In this document: positions 35,532 through 43,663 of the stretch, piece after piece | Numbering within the stretch: the first letter of the stretch is position 1 | Layout: each line of letters begins with the position of its first letter | Made by a program: the position numbers and the translations under genes | Assembly (NCBI GenBank): GCA_964493625.1 | Contig: CAZBOU010000002.1 | Span: forward strand, 7,410-71,409 | DNA from: an uncultured Caldisericota bacterium | Lineage (GTDB): Bacteria > Caldisericota > Caldisericia > UBA6126 | Direction: 5' to 3' | Length of the DNA: 64,000 bases | Notes under the pieces: generated by a model | Told to the model about the DNA's origin: nothing | Databases searched by the model: none | The model's input: only the letters and a program-made list of their open reading frames with translations

Positions 35532-36599
35532 ATGCATACACCTATTTTAACCATTCATATAGAGAAGCTACGTCACAACGTAATAGCCATTTCTGATTTA
35601 TGTGACAAAAACCACGTACATTTAACTCCCGTTACCAAGGTGATTATGGGGGATCCAATAATATGCAAAATGTACACAGAGCATGTGCAATCCTTAGGAG
35701 ACTCTAGATTAAAAGATATTATGCGCATGCGGAATAATTCGATAGAGGCTGAATTTATGCTAATTCGGACACCTTCCCTGCAAAACGCTACACAAGTTGT
35801 TGAAGTTTGTGACATTAGCCTAAACAGTGAATTAAAAATCCTTGCTGCAATGAACGAGTACTGCCTTTCTACGAAGCAATCCCACAAAGTTATTTGTATG
35901 GTCGAAATGGGAGATTTACGGGAAGGTATCATGCCAGAGGATTTGCATGATTTTTTTACCCAGTGCCTTGCCTTTCGTGGATTGGAAATGATTGGCGTAG
36001 GAACCAATGCAACGTGTTTTGCTGGATTGATTCCGACACCTGATAATCTTTCTATCTTAGAAAAAGCAGCTTCCATTTTTACTTCTGTTTTTGGCTACAA
36101 ACCTACGTATATATCAGGTGGTGGATCGAATGTAGTCCCGCTTTTGGAGAATCATAGCCTTCCCCCTTATATCAACCACCTTCGAATAGGAGAGTCAATT
36201 GTGATGGGAGTGAATGCCATTGACAAAAAACCAGTCCAGGGCTGCTGTCAAGATTGTTTCACCTTGACTGGGGAGATTATTGAACTGAAAACCAAACCAT
36301 CGATACCCTTGCAACCCTTAACCAAAAATGCTTTTGGGGAAACCCCGGTATTTGAAGATAAGGGCTTAAGAAAGAGAGCCATTGTGAATATAGGTCGCCT
36401 TGATACAGATGTCACAGAAATTGAACCGCTCGATCTGGGCTTGAAAATACTAGGAGCTTCTTCAGATCATCTCATACTAGACGTAGAGGAAGGAAATCAG
36501 CGGTTGCAGGTGGGAGATCGGGTATCTTTTGGTTTGCATTATTCAGCCCTTCTGTATTCAATGAGCTCTGACTATGTTCAGAAAAAATATGTCTCCTAA
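35532..36599 (+). CDS. Alanine/ornithine racemase-family PLP enzyme (YhfX-like)
   Basis: 355 aa TIM-barrel-like N-domain with candidate PLP lysine in LTPVTKVIMGD. AGGAG SD. The stop overlaps the convergent flp-type gene stop (CTAA). Confidence 0.55.
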   Translation: MHTPILTIHIEKLRHNVIAISDLCDKNHVHLTPVTKVIMGDPIICKMYTEHVQSLGDSRLKDIMRMRNNSIEAEFMLIRTPSLQNATQVVEVCDISLNSELKILAAMNEYCLSTKQSHKVICMVEMGDLREGIMPEDLHDFFTQCLAFRGLEMIGVGTNATCFAGLIPTPDNLSILEKAASIFTSVFGYKPTYISGGGSNVVPLLENHSLPPYINHLRIGESIVMGVNAIDKKPVQGCCQDCFTLTGEIIELKTKPSIPLQPLTKNAFGETPVFEDKGLRKRAIVNIGRLDTDVTEIEPLDLGLKILGASSDHLILDVEEGNQRLQVGDRVSFGLHYSALLYSMSSDYVQKKYVS

Positions 36600-37087
36600 A
36601 GATCAACAAGGTAGTTAGTGATCTCATGTAAAAAATCTTGTACTTCCTCCATCAAAGGAGTAAAAGCGACAATAACACCCAACACCAGCAACGCTACAAT
36701 TAATGCATATTCAACTAGCACTTGACCAGATTCTTCGTCTCGAAACCAGGAAATCAGTTTTCCTTTTTCCAAATTGCAATTCTTTGCTCTATTCTCTGGT
36801 AGCTCAATAGTAGCATAGGATATGCAAAAGAGCATTTTCTTTGGCTTCACTGAGACACATACTCGTTGAATCTCTCCTGTTTTTTTCACAAATACAACAT
36901 CAATTGGAAACTTCATACCAAAAGTATGGATTGAGGAAGCCCGATAAAATATCATGGCTTCTTGTGAATGCATTTCCTTTTTGCCCAAAAGTCCTTTAAC
37001 TTTTTGAAATATACTCTTTGCTATTATTGCTTTGGAAGATACTACTACTCCATCTTCAGTTTGTATTGTCCAATAGTCATTTTTCAT
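36596..37087 (-). CDS. flp: DUF192-like domain fused in frame to a Flp/Fap-type prepilin
   Basis: aa 1-~115 match the DUF192 pattern (GLLGKKEM..., AMIFYRASSIHTFGMKFPIDVVFV, ATIELPENRAKNCNLEKGKLISW). The C-terminal 58 aa are a textbook Flp prepilin, (L)EKGKLISWFRDEESG/QVLVEYALIVALLVLGVIVAF. An in-frame TTG at 36772 could start a stand-alone 58-aa prepilin. Confidence 0.75.
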   Translation of the reverse strand: MKNDYWTIQTEDGVVVSSKAIIAKSIFQKVKGLLGKKEMHSQEAMIFYRASSIHTFGMKFPIDVVFVKKTGEIQRVCVSVKPKKMLFCISYATIELPENRAKNCNLEKGKLISWFRDEESGQVLVEYALIVALLVLGVIVAFTPLMEEVQDFLHEITNYLVDL

Positions 37088-37533
37088 GTTGTTGCTTCGG
37101 TTTTCACGGTAAAGGTTCTGACAATGATATCAGTGGGAGGAAAAAATGGAATTGATAAGCCCTGGTATTGTGCTTCAATAAAATATACTGTATACACTAA
37201 ATCAAGAGTCTCTTCTTCCCATGATATTGTAAATCGATCTGGATCGCTGGTATAAATAGGGAACAGTATATCATTCTCATAAAAATCTAAAACATCATTG
37301 ATGGATTGTTGTGTTTGAGAAGCATCATTTTCAATGTCGGAAAACGATAAAACGCGAGCAATATTTGATACCATATAGTGCATATTGGTTCTGTAATAGT
37401 ACGAAGCCCCCAAAGAAATAAAGGCCATCACTACTAACAAAACCACTGTAATCAAAAAAGCAGTTTCAATAATGGATTGCCCAGATTCATCGGTCTGAAA
37501 GCCATGTTTGTAGATGTTGTTATTCAAACCCAT
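37084..37533 (-). CDS. TadE/TadF-like pseudopilin
   Basis: 149 aa. FQTDESG/QSIIETAFLITVVLLVVMAF has a G-xxxxE prepilin-peptidase site plus a hydrophobic helix. ATGA overlap with the downstream gene. Confidence 0.75.
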   Translation of the reverse strand: MGLNNNIYKHGFQTDESGQSIIETAFLITVVLLVVMAFISLGASYYYRTNMHYMVSNIARVLSFSDIENDASQTQQSINDVLDFYENDILFPIYTSDPDRFTISWEEETLDLVYTVYFIEAQYQGLSIPFFPPTDIIVRTFTVKTEATT

Positions 37534-37936
37534 AGATAAAAATGGCCCTTTCTGTGATGCTATTATAATGATCCGTTGAATTTCGCGCTGTCTCTGAAAG
37601 AGATAGGGTTATCAAGAACTCGGGTATCAACCCCTGTTGTACTTGTATTTCAGATTCAACCCTGCCATCTTGGTGCAGAACAATTTGGATTGAGCGATCT
37701 TCAAATTGATTTAAAAGAGGAAGAGTCTGCATTTCTTGTTGAACCGAAGACGGGATACTTTCTGTCATGGATTGAATTCGTGCAATTCGGTTTACTTGAT
37801 AGGTCATCATAAGGGCATCAACATTTCGGAAAAGAATAACAGTGGCAAAAAAAGTGATTAACATCGCTAAAGGGAACAATAGTGCAAACTCAATCGTGGT
37901 AGTTCCTTTTTCTCTAGTACGACTACAAAGCTTCAT
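37520..37936 (-). CDS. tadE: TadE-like pseudopilin
   Basis: 138 aa. TREKG/TTTIEFALLFPLAMLITFF is a typical TadE N-terminus. Confidence 0.8.
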   Translation of the reverse strand: MKLCSRTREKGTTTIEFALLFPLAMLITFFATVILFRNVDALMMTYQVNRIARIQSMTESIPSSVQQEMQTLPLLNQFEDRSIQIVLHQDGRVESEIQVQQGLIPEFLITLSLSETARNSTDHYNSITERAIFIYGFE

Positions 37937-38487
37937 AGAAAAATTGGGACCTCAAAAAACTGAATTACATACAAAATACGGAACAAAACAGCTAAAACAG
38001 TTCCTATCGCTATAGATACGCCATAGGGCATGGTCATTTTACCATATCCTTTCAACGTTGACGCGTTTCCAGTTTTTATCAATGCAGAGAATAGTGGAAA
38101 AAACAATAAAACTGCTACTACCAATCCTACAAGAGCTGTAAGAATAATGGCATTAATGGTCATTTGCCAGCCCAATATGGCACCTATCGCACTCATTAAC
38201 TTAACATCACCCGCTCCCATGTTTTTTCCTTTTCCAATGAGATAAAAAACAAAGAAAAAACCGAAACCTAGTAAAAATCCCCATAAAGAATGAGTCAAAC
38301 CTTCCCAGAAACTACCCCCATGCAACATCACAAGAGTTGGTCCAGCAAGAAAACCAAATGCAACACCTGGGTATGTAACAACATTCAAAATTTTTCTGGT
38401 TTTTATATCTGTCACAATGGAGATACCGCAAATAATCACTGCTGCCAGATATAGTATTGTAGAGTGATACGACAATTGATACATCAT
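37933..38487 (-). CDS. tadV: A24-family prepilin peptidase (TadV/CpaA type)
   Basis: 184 aa polytopic membrane protein with TDIKTRKILN and GAGDVKLM, carrying the two catalytic Asp. Confidence 0.85.
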   Translation of the reverse strand: MMYQLSYHSTILYLAAVIICGISIVTDIKTRKILNVVTYPGVAFGFLAGPTLVMLHGGSFWEGLTHSLWGFLLGFGFFFVFYLIGKGKNMGAGDVKLMSAIGAILGWQMTINAIILTALVGLVVAVLLFFPLFSALIKTGNASTLKGYGKMTMPYGVSIAIGTVLAVLFRILYVIQFFEVPIFL

Positions 38488-40283
38488 CCTGTAAGACTCC
38501 TTGTTATCATCAACTGGATTTTGGGACTCTTTTTACCATCTTTATCTTCGGCAAATACCTGAAATTGATTTACTCCCGGTTCTATTGGAATCATTTTTTG
38601 CACTAAACCAGTTTCATCAACAGTAATGGACGTTTCCAGTTGAGGTTTTTTGTTGTGTATTGAGTACACTTGAATCAATGTGTTGGGGGTAGCTGTTCCT
38701 GTCAGTATACCATATTGATCAACGGTGGTGGACTTTGAAAAAGAAACATTCACATAAACACCGGTGTAGTGGATAGTTTTATCAATAGTTTTGGACAATC
38801 CCATATCGTCAGACAAAGTAAACACTATGTGATTTTTCTTTGAAACTAAAGCCAAATCAGACAAAGAAAACTCTCCTGTTTGGGGATCTAGAGAAACCGA
38901 CAGTTCCTTCTTTTGCATCATTGCTTTCACCTTGACTCCTGGGGTAACAAACCCATGCATTGAAGCAGTTTTTTCTGGTGTGGAATACACTCCCTTTTTA
39001 TCAAAGTCTGGCAAAGAGAAATTAATATATTTCATGGCAATGAAATCGCTAGCACGCTGGCCATTGTGTGCAACCACGGAGATGTAGTACTTTACAAGCT
39101 CTCCTTCGGGGATGTCAAATCGAGCAAACCATGCTTGTTGCACTTTGTTGTTTTCCAAATAATTGTGGATGTAGTCTAGCTGCTCTGGACTCTCAATAGC
39201 ACCCTGTGTGTATTGTAATTTTGCTTCTCCGGTAAAGGGTTCTTCTACTACTTGTACGGCATATACAGGAACCTCATTTCCATTCACAAAAACCTTGACT
39301 CCTGGAGTTACACGATAATATACAAAATTTTGGAAGGTAAGCGTCATGTTTGTGTTTTTTTCAGCTTGGGCTGGTAACAATACAGATCCTAAGATGATCA
39401 TAAGCATAGCTGGTAATATAAACATAATTAGAGGAAAAAGCATCTTGGTAGGAGCGGTTGCAATCTCTTTTTCTACGTGAGATCGTCTTTTGGCTCGTAG
39501 TTCTTCAGCTTGGTTCATAATGACAGGTCGCAGTGGGGTTCCAAGTTGTTCCCCTTGAATGACAGAACTTAAAAAGCTACGAAATTCAGGAGATTCATTT
39601 CTGGCCAAAAGGTGTTCAAATGAATCAATACGGCTAAATCCCACCTGCACATCGTTGATAAAAATATCAAATTCATCTGCTAGTATAGTGTTGTTTCTCT
39701 TGACATACTCTTCTACAGCCAACTGAAAATTCATGCCGGCTGCTAAACAAAGGGCAATAAAATCCATAGCATCTGGAAGTTCAAGAGATATCTTTTTCGC
39801 TCTTCCTTGCAAAAGAGAGGAAATAAAAAAATCGGGGTATACAAACCCTATGAAACCAAAAGCAATAGCATAGTAAAAGAAACTTGTGTCTTCATTGCCT
39901 AGGGCAACAATCATAAGAAGAAAAAAGAACAGGAAGGCACAAAAGATCTTCAACTTATTGTGCTCATCAGCATCCATATCAAATGGTCTACCAGCTTTTT
40001 CCAGCTTGTCATCTAGCTGCATTTTAGATTCAGGGCTTCTTTTTGTAGCTATGCCCCGCATCATGGGAAGTATTCGATAAAAGGCCTTTGATAGGTTATA
40101 AAGAGTTTCTACAATAAAATTGGGGGATTTGTTTTTTTTCTTTTTGCGTTCTTCAATCCCAAACAGTGAATCCGTGGACCTTTTCTTTCTCTCCTTCCAC
40201 GAAAAATACAGTCGTATAATTAGGTATCCTATCGTACTTATGAAAATAAAGGTAAGTAGAGATGTTTCCATAGTAGGCATCAT
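38484..40283 (-). CDS. tadC: TadC-like T2SS-F platform protein with a ~290-aa C-terminal Ig-like extension
   Basis: aa ~100-300 form a T2SSF domain (LELPDAMDFIALCLAAGMNFQLAVEEY..., LGTPLRPVIMNQAEELR). After the last TM segment comes a beta-rich tail with repeated TPGVKV and an Ig-like module ending GVNQFQVFAEDKDGKKS. Confidence 0.75.
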   Translation of the reverse strand: MMPTMETSLLTFIFISTIGYLIIRLYFSWKERKKRSTDSLFGIEERKKKKNKSPNFIVETLYNLSKAFYRILPMMRGIATKRSPESKMQLDDKLEKAGRPFDMDADEHNKLKIFCAFLFFFLLMIVALGNEDTSFFYYAIAFGFIGFVYPDFFISSLLQGRAKKISLELPDAMDFIALCLAAGMNFQLAVEEYVKRNNTILADEFDIFINDVQVGFSRIDSFEHLLARNESPEFRSFLSSVIQGEQLGTPLRPVIMNQAEELRAKRRSHVEKEIATAPTKMLFPLIMFILPAMLMIILGSVLLPAQAEKNTNMTLTFQNFVYYRVTPGVKVFVNGNEVPVYAVQVVEEPFTGEAKLQYTQGAIESPEQLDYIHNYLENNKVQQAWFARFDIPEGELVKYYISVVAHNGQRASDFIAMKYINFSLPDFDKKGVYSTPEKTASMHGFVTPGVKVKAMMQKKELSVSLDPQTGEFSLSDLALVSKKNHIVFTLSDDMGLSKTIDKTIHYTGVYVNVSFSKSTTVDQYGILTGTATPNTLIQVYSIHNKKPQLETSITVDETGLVQKMIPIEPGVNQFQVFAEDKDGKKSPKIQLMITRSLTG

Positions 40284-41110
40284 AGTTCAATTTTGGTTAA
40301 TTGAGAATTAACATAAATACCAATCACTTGCATGAGAACGGCTAATACTAAAAGCAAGATACCTTTTAGCGTATTTGTTAATGCAGCATATCCTGATGAG
40401 ACCAATATCATTAACATGACATAGGGTAGAAGTGCAACTATTGCAGAGGATAGCTTTGTTTGAGCTGTTCCTACGGCAATGCTTCGTCGCAGTTTTACAC
40501 GCTCTTTCAGGATTCCTTTTAGTTCTTCTAAAAATGGAATTACATTACCTCCTACTTGCGATTGCAGAACCAAAGAAGAAACAAAAAGATTCACTTCAGC
40601 ATTGGGATATTTATGTATTAAGCTTTCTAATGAATCTTTGAGAGTAAACCCAACTCGATAGTTGATATGAATCTTTGAAAACTCACTTTTGGATGGCTCA
40701 GGCATAGACATGGAAACAAACTCAAATGCTTGATCCAAAGAAAACCCTGCTTTCAAAGAATTGGCCACTGCAGACAACGTATCGGGCAATTGATTGACAA
40801 ATTTATTCTCTTTCTCTCCTTTTTTCATTTGCAAGAATATTTGGAAACCCACAATACCAAGGCTCATAAATACGATCCCCATCACAATGTTAAGATCAAA
40901 CATGAAAAAGAAGATAAAGAAAATCCCTGCTGCAATAATAAAAAGGAGGAATCCAATAGTAAATGTGTTGATGGATAGCTGGAAAATATCCTGTATGGAT
41001 CCTTCTTTTACCTTATGTTCAGAATGCGCCTTGACGTTCTTTCTTGCTTTTCGGTTTTGATAAAAAGGAGCAAAAAGGTCGTCCTGAAAATTTCCATCAC
41101 TATTTTTCAT
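40280..41110 (-). CDS. tadB: TadB-like T2SS-F platform protein
   Basis: 276 aa. QLPDTLSAVANSLKAGFSLDQAFEFV, LVLQSQVGGNVIPFLEEL and flanking TM segments. Confidence 0.8.
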   Translation of the reverse strand: MKNSDGNFQDDLFAPFYQNRKARKNVKAHSEHKVKEGSIQDIFQLSINTFTIGFLLFIIAAGIFFIFFFMFDLNIVMGIVFMSLGIVGFQIFLQMKKGEKENKFVNQLPDTLSAVANSLKAGFSLDQAFEFVSMSMPEPSKSEFSKIHINYRVGFTLKDSLESLIHKYPNAEVNLFVSSLVLQSQVGGNVIPFLEELKGILKERVKLRRSIAVGTAQTKLSSAIVALLPYVMLMILVSSGYAALTNTLKGILLLVLAVLMQVIGIYVNSQLTKIEL

Positions 41111-42476
41111 AAGGTTGTCCTAGTTTTTTCATCACGTTCTGAAGTTTTTCATCGTTTGCTTTGTTAGCCACTTGGGATGCAGTACTCTCCTGAGACTCTA
41201 AAAAGTCAAGTGGGTTTTCCTTTTCATAACGCAAAACTTCTAATTTTGATTTAAGTCGGTCCGAATAAGGTTTGTATTCATAATGACCCACTACTTTTCC
41301 TGTTTCATCTCGCCGATCTACGACAAAACGATAAATGTGATTCAGTACCACTTGGTTGTCTTGAAACTCAGCAAGTTCTGACACTGTGGTGATCCGCCTT
41401 GAACCATCTGAAAAACGAGATGTTTGTATGACGCATTCAATAGCGCTGAATATCATTTCTTGCAATATGTGTACAGGCATTTCTAAGCCTGTCATGTAAA
41501 CCATGGAAGTTAAACGAGCAATAACATCTTTTGGAGTATTTGCGTGAACGGTTGTCAAGGATCCATCATGACCTGTATTCATCGCCTGTAACATATCGAA
41601 TGCTTCTTTTCCGCGCACCTCTCCAACCAATATTCGGTCTGGTCTCATACGTAAACAATTGATCACTAGGTCGCGAATAGTAACTTGTCCTTGCCCCTCG
41701 ATATTTGGGGGTCTAGCTTCTAGAGATATAACATGAGGTTGATCCAGCTTCAATTCAACTGAATCTTCTACAGTAATAATTCTCTCTGTTGAAGGAATAG
41801 AGCTTGAGCATACATTCAATAAAGTTGTTTTTCCAGATCCCGTACCGCCCGATATTATGATATTTGCTCTAGCCCGAATGATGGCATGAATAAAGCTGGC
41901 CATTTCTTTTGTCATGGAGCCAAAATTAATGAGACTCTCGTAATCTAAAATGGTATCTTTAAATTTTCGAATTGTTAATGTTGGACTTTTTACGGCAATG
42001 GGAGGAATCACTGCATTCACTCGGCTACCATCAGGCAACCTAGCATCCACTAAAGGGCTGGACTCATCAATTCTTCTCCCTAAGGGGCTCACAATGCGAT
42101 CAATAATTTGCACTATTTGGGTAGGAGATTCAAACTGTACATCCGATTTGATTAGTTTTCCATCTCGTTCAATAAACACAGAGTCAGGTGCATTGATCAT
42201 GATTTCTGAAATAGAAGGGTCTTCTAATAGGGGCTGAATCATCCCAAAACCAAATATCTCATTCAAAAGACGATGAATGATTTGCTCTTGATATTCTATG
42301 GGGAGAACTCGTTTGGATGCCTGTATTGTTTGCAAGCAGATATTTCTTATCTTTAGCTTTACTTGATCTGGACTCTCTTGTTTTTCTCTTAAGATTTCTG
42401 CTGGCGTAATCTCTTCAAAAACACGATTGCGGATACTCTTATAAAATTCTTCAGTATCCGGAGAATGTTTCATCAT
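41100..42476 (-). CDS. tadA: CpaF/TadA secretion ATPase
   Basis: Walker [52 protein letters not shown] prefer ATG 42476 because GGGAGGG lies 6 nt upstream and it makes an ATGA overlap with tadZ. Confidence 0.95.
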   Translation of the reverse strand: MMKHSPDTEEFYKSIRNRVFEEITPAEILREKQESPDQVKLKIRNICLQTIQASKRVLPIEYQEQIIHRLLNEIFGFGMIQPLLEDPSISEIMINAPDSVFIERDGKLIKSDVQFESPTQIVQIIDRIVSPLGRRIDESSPLVDARLPDGSRVNAVIPPIAVKSPTLTIRKFKDTILDYESLINFGSMTKEMASFIHAIIRARANIIISGGTGSGKTTLLNVCSSSIPSTERIITVEDSVELKLDQPHVISLEARPPNIEGQGQVTIRDLVINCLRMRPDRILVGEVRGKEAFDMLQAMNTGHDGSLTTVHANTPKDVIARLTSMVYMTGLEMPVHILQEMIFSAIECVIQTSRFSDGSRRITTVSELAEFQDNQVVLNHIYRFVVDRRDETGKVVGHYEYKPYSDRLKSKLEVLRYEKENPLDFLESQESTASQVANKANDEKLQNVMKKLGQPYEK

Positions 42477-43660
42477 CCATTGCCCTCCCATTCAAGAATT
42501 TTTTCCGCTATATCCATGACATCTTTACGAATAACACCTTTTTTGGTGACAGCGGGAAACATATCGTTCATGGAAGCAAATGCAATCTTGTGATCTTCTC
42601 GAACAGAACCAAAGAGCTTGTAAGGGAGAATTTTCTGAAGAATGGAATGGATCTTTTGATCTGCTTTCTTGGTTCTTTTGTTATAGATAATCTCTGGGGG
42701 TGTATTTATTTTCAACCACTGAAATTCCTTTAAATAATTCACCAAACGAAACAAGGAAGGTATTTCCGGCGTAAACAAGATAAAAATTTTGTCGGATTGT
42801 TCAAATACAATCTTCGAGATCTTGTTCACACCCGGGTCAAGGTCTACTATAATATAGTCATAAATAAGCTTTAGCGTTCGGATTGCTTTGCTAATTTTCC
42901 CATCTTCAATTTCTTTCATTCTTTCAAAAGAACCTGGGGATACAACAATATCAAAGTTTGGATAAATTTCGCTTCTTTGTACAATATTGCTGAGTCGTTC
43001 AGGTGACAATTCATCAGCAATGGTAAACAAGTCAATTGTAGATTGTGTTTTGTCAGGACTTATGTTGGTAATTGCTCGTTGGTCCCCATAAGGAAGTCCT
43101 AAATCCATAAGTAGTACCTTAAAAGACTCGGTCAAGTTTGCCAAAACAAGAGCTAAGTTGACCGACAATAGTGACTTTCCCACACCACCCTTAGAAGAAG
43201 TGAAGCTTAGAAGCTTCCCAAGCTCTTTGGATTGCATACCTGTATTCTGATATTTTTTATCTTTAAAAGTAGATACAAAGGCATTCATAGCAATTTGAGG
43301 AAGAGATTCTGGTTGTATAGGTCGAGTAATTACATTTCTAGTAGCTGTCTTCACTATTTTTCGAATATCTATTAAGTCTTCTTCCTTGACAATCAATACA
43401 ATGGAAGTAGATGGATATTTGATTATCGCTTCTTCTAAAAAGCTAATCATATTGATATTCTTTAAATGATAGTCCAAAATTAAAATATCGGGGGTGAGCA
43501 TCCGAAGTTTCTCATCAAGGATAAATCCATCAACCACTACATCTTCTATTCGTAGCATTGAATTTCTATCAAAGTATGGCTGGTATTGTTTCAATTCAGT
43601 GGCATTGTCCAATGCAAAGACAACGCTAAGATGATTTTCAAAGCCAAAACCTGGTACCAT
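42473..43660 (-). CDS. tadZ: TadZ/CpaE: receiver-like N-domain plus ParA/MinD-type ATPase
   Basis: Deviant Walker A SSKGGVGKSLLSVNLA. N-terminal REC-like region (PDILILDYHL). Starts 3 nt after the kinase stop. Confidence 0.85.
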   Translation of the reverse strand: MVPGFGFENHLSVVFALDNATELKQYQPYFDRNSMLRIEDVVVDGFILDEKLRMLTPDILILDYHLKNINMISFLEEAIIKYPSTSIVLIVKEEDLIDIRKIVKTATRNVITRPIQPESLPQIAMNAFVSTFKDKKYQNTGMQSKELGKLLSFTSSKGGVGKSLLSVNLALVLANLTESFKVLLMDLGLPYGDQRAITNISPDKTQSTIDLFTIADELSPERLSNIVQRSEIYPNFDIVVSPGSFERMKEIEDGKISKAIRTLKLIYDYIIVDLDPGVNKISKIVFEQSDKIFILFTPEIPSLFRLVNYLKEFQWLKINTPPEIIYNKRTKKADQKIHSILQKILPYKLFGSVREDHKIAFASMNDMFPAVTKKGVIRKDVMDIAEKILEWEGNG

Positions 43661-43663
43661 GTA

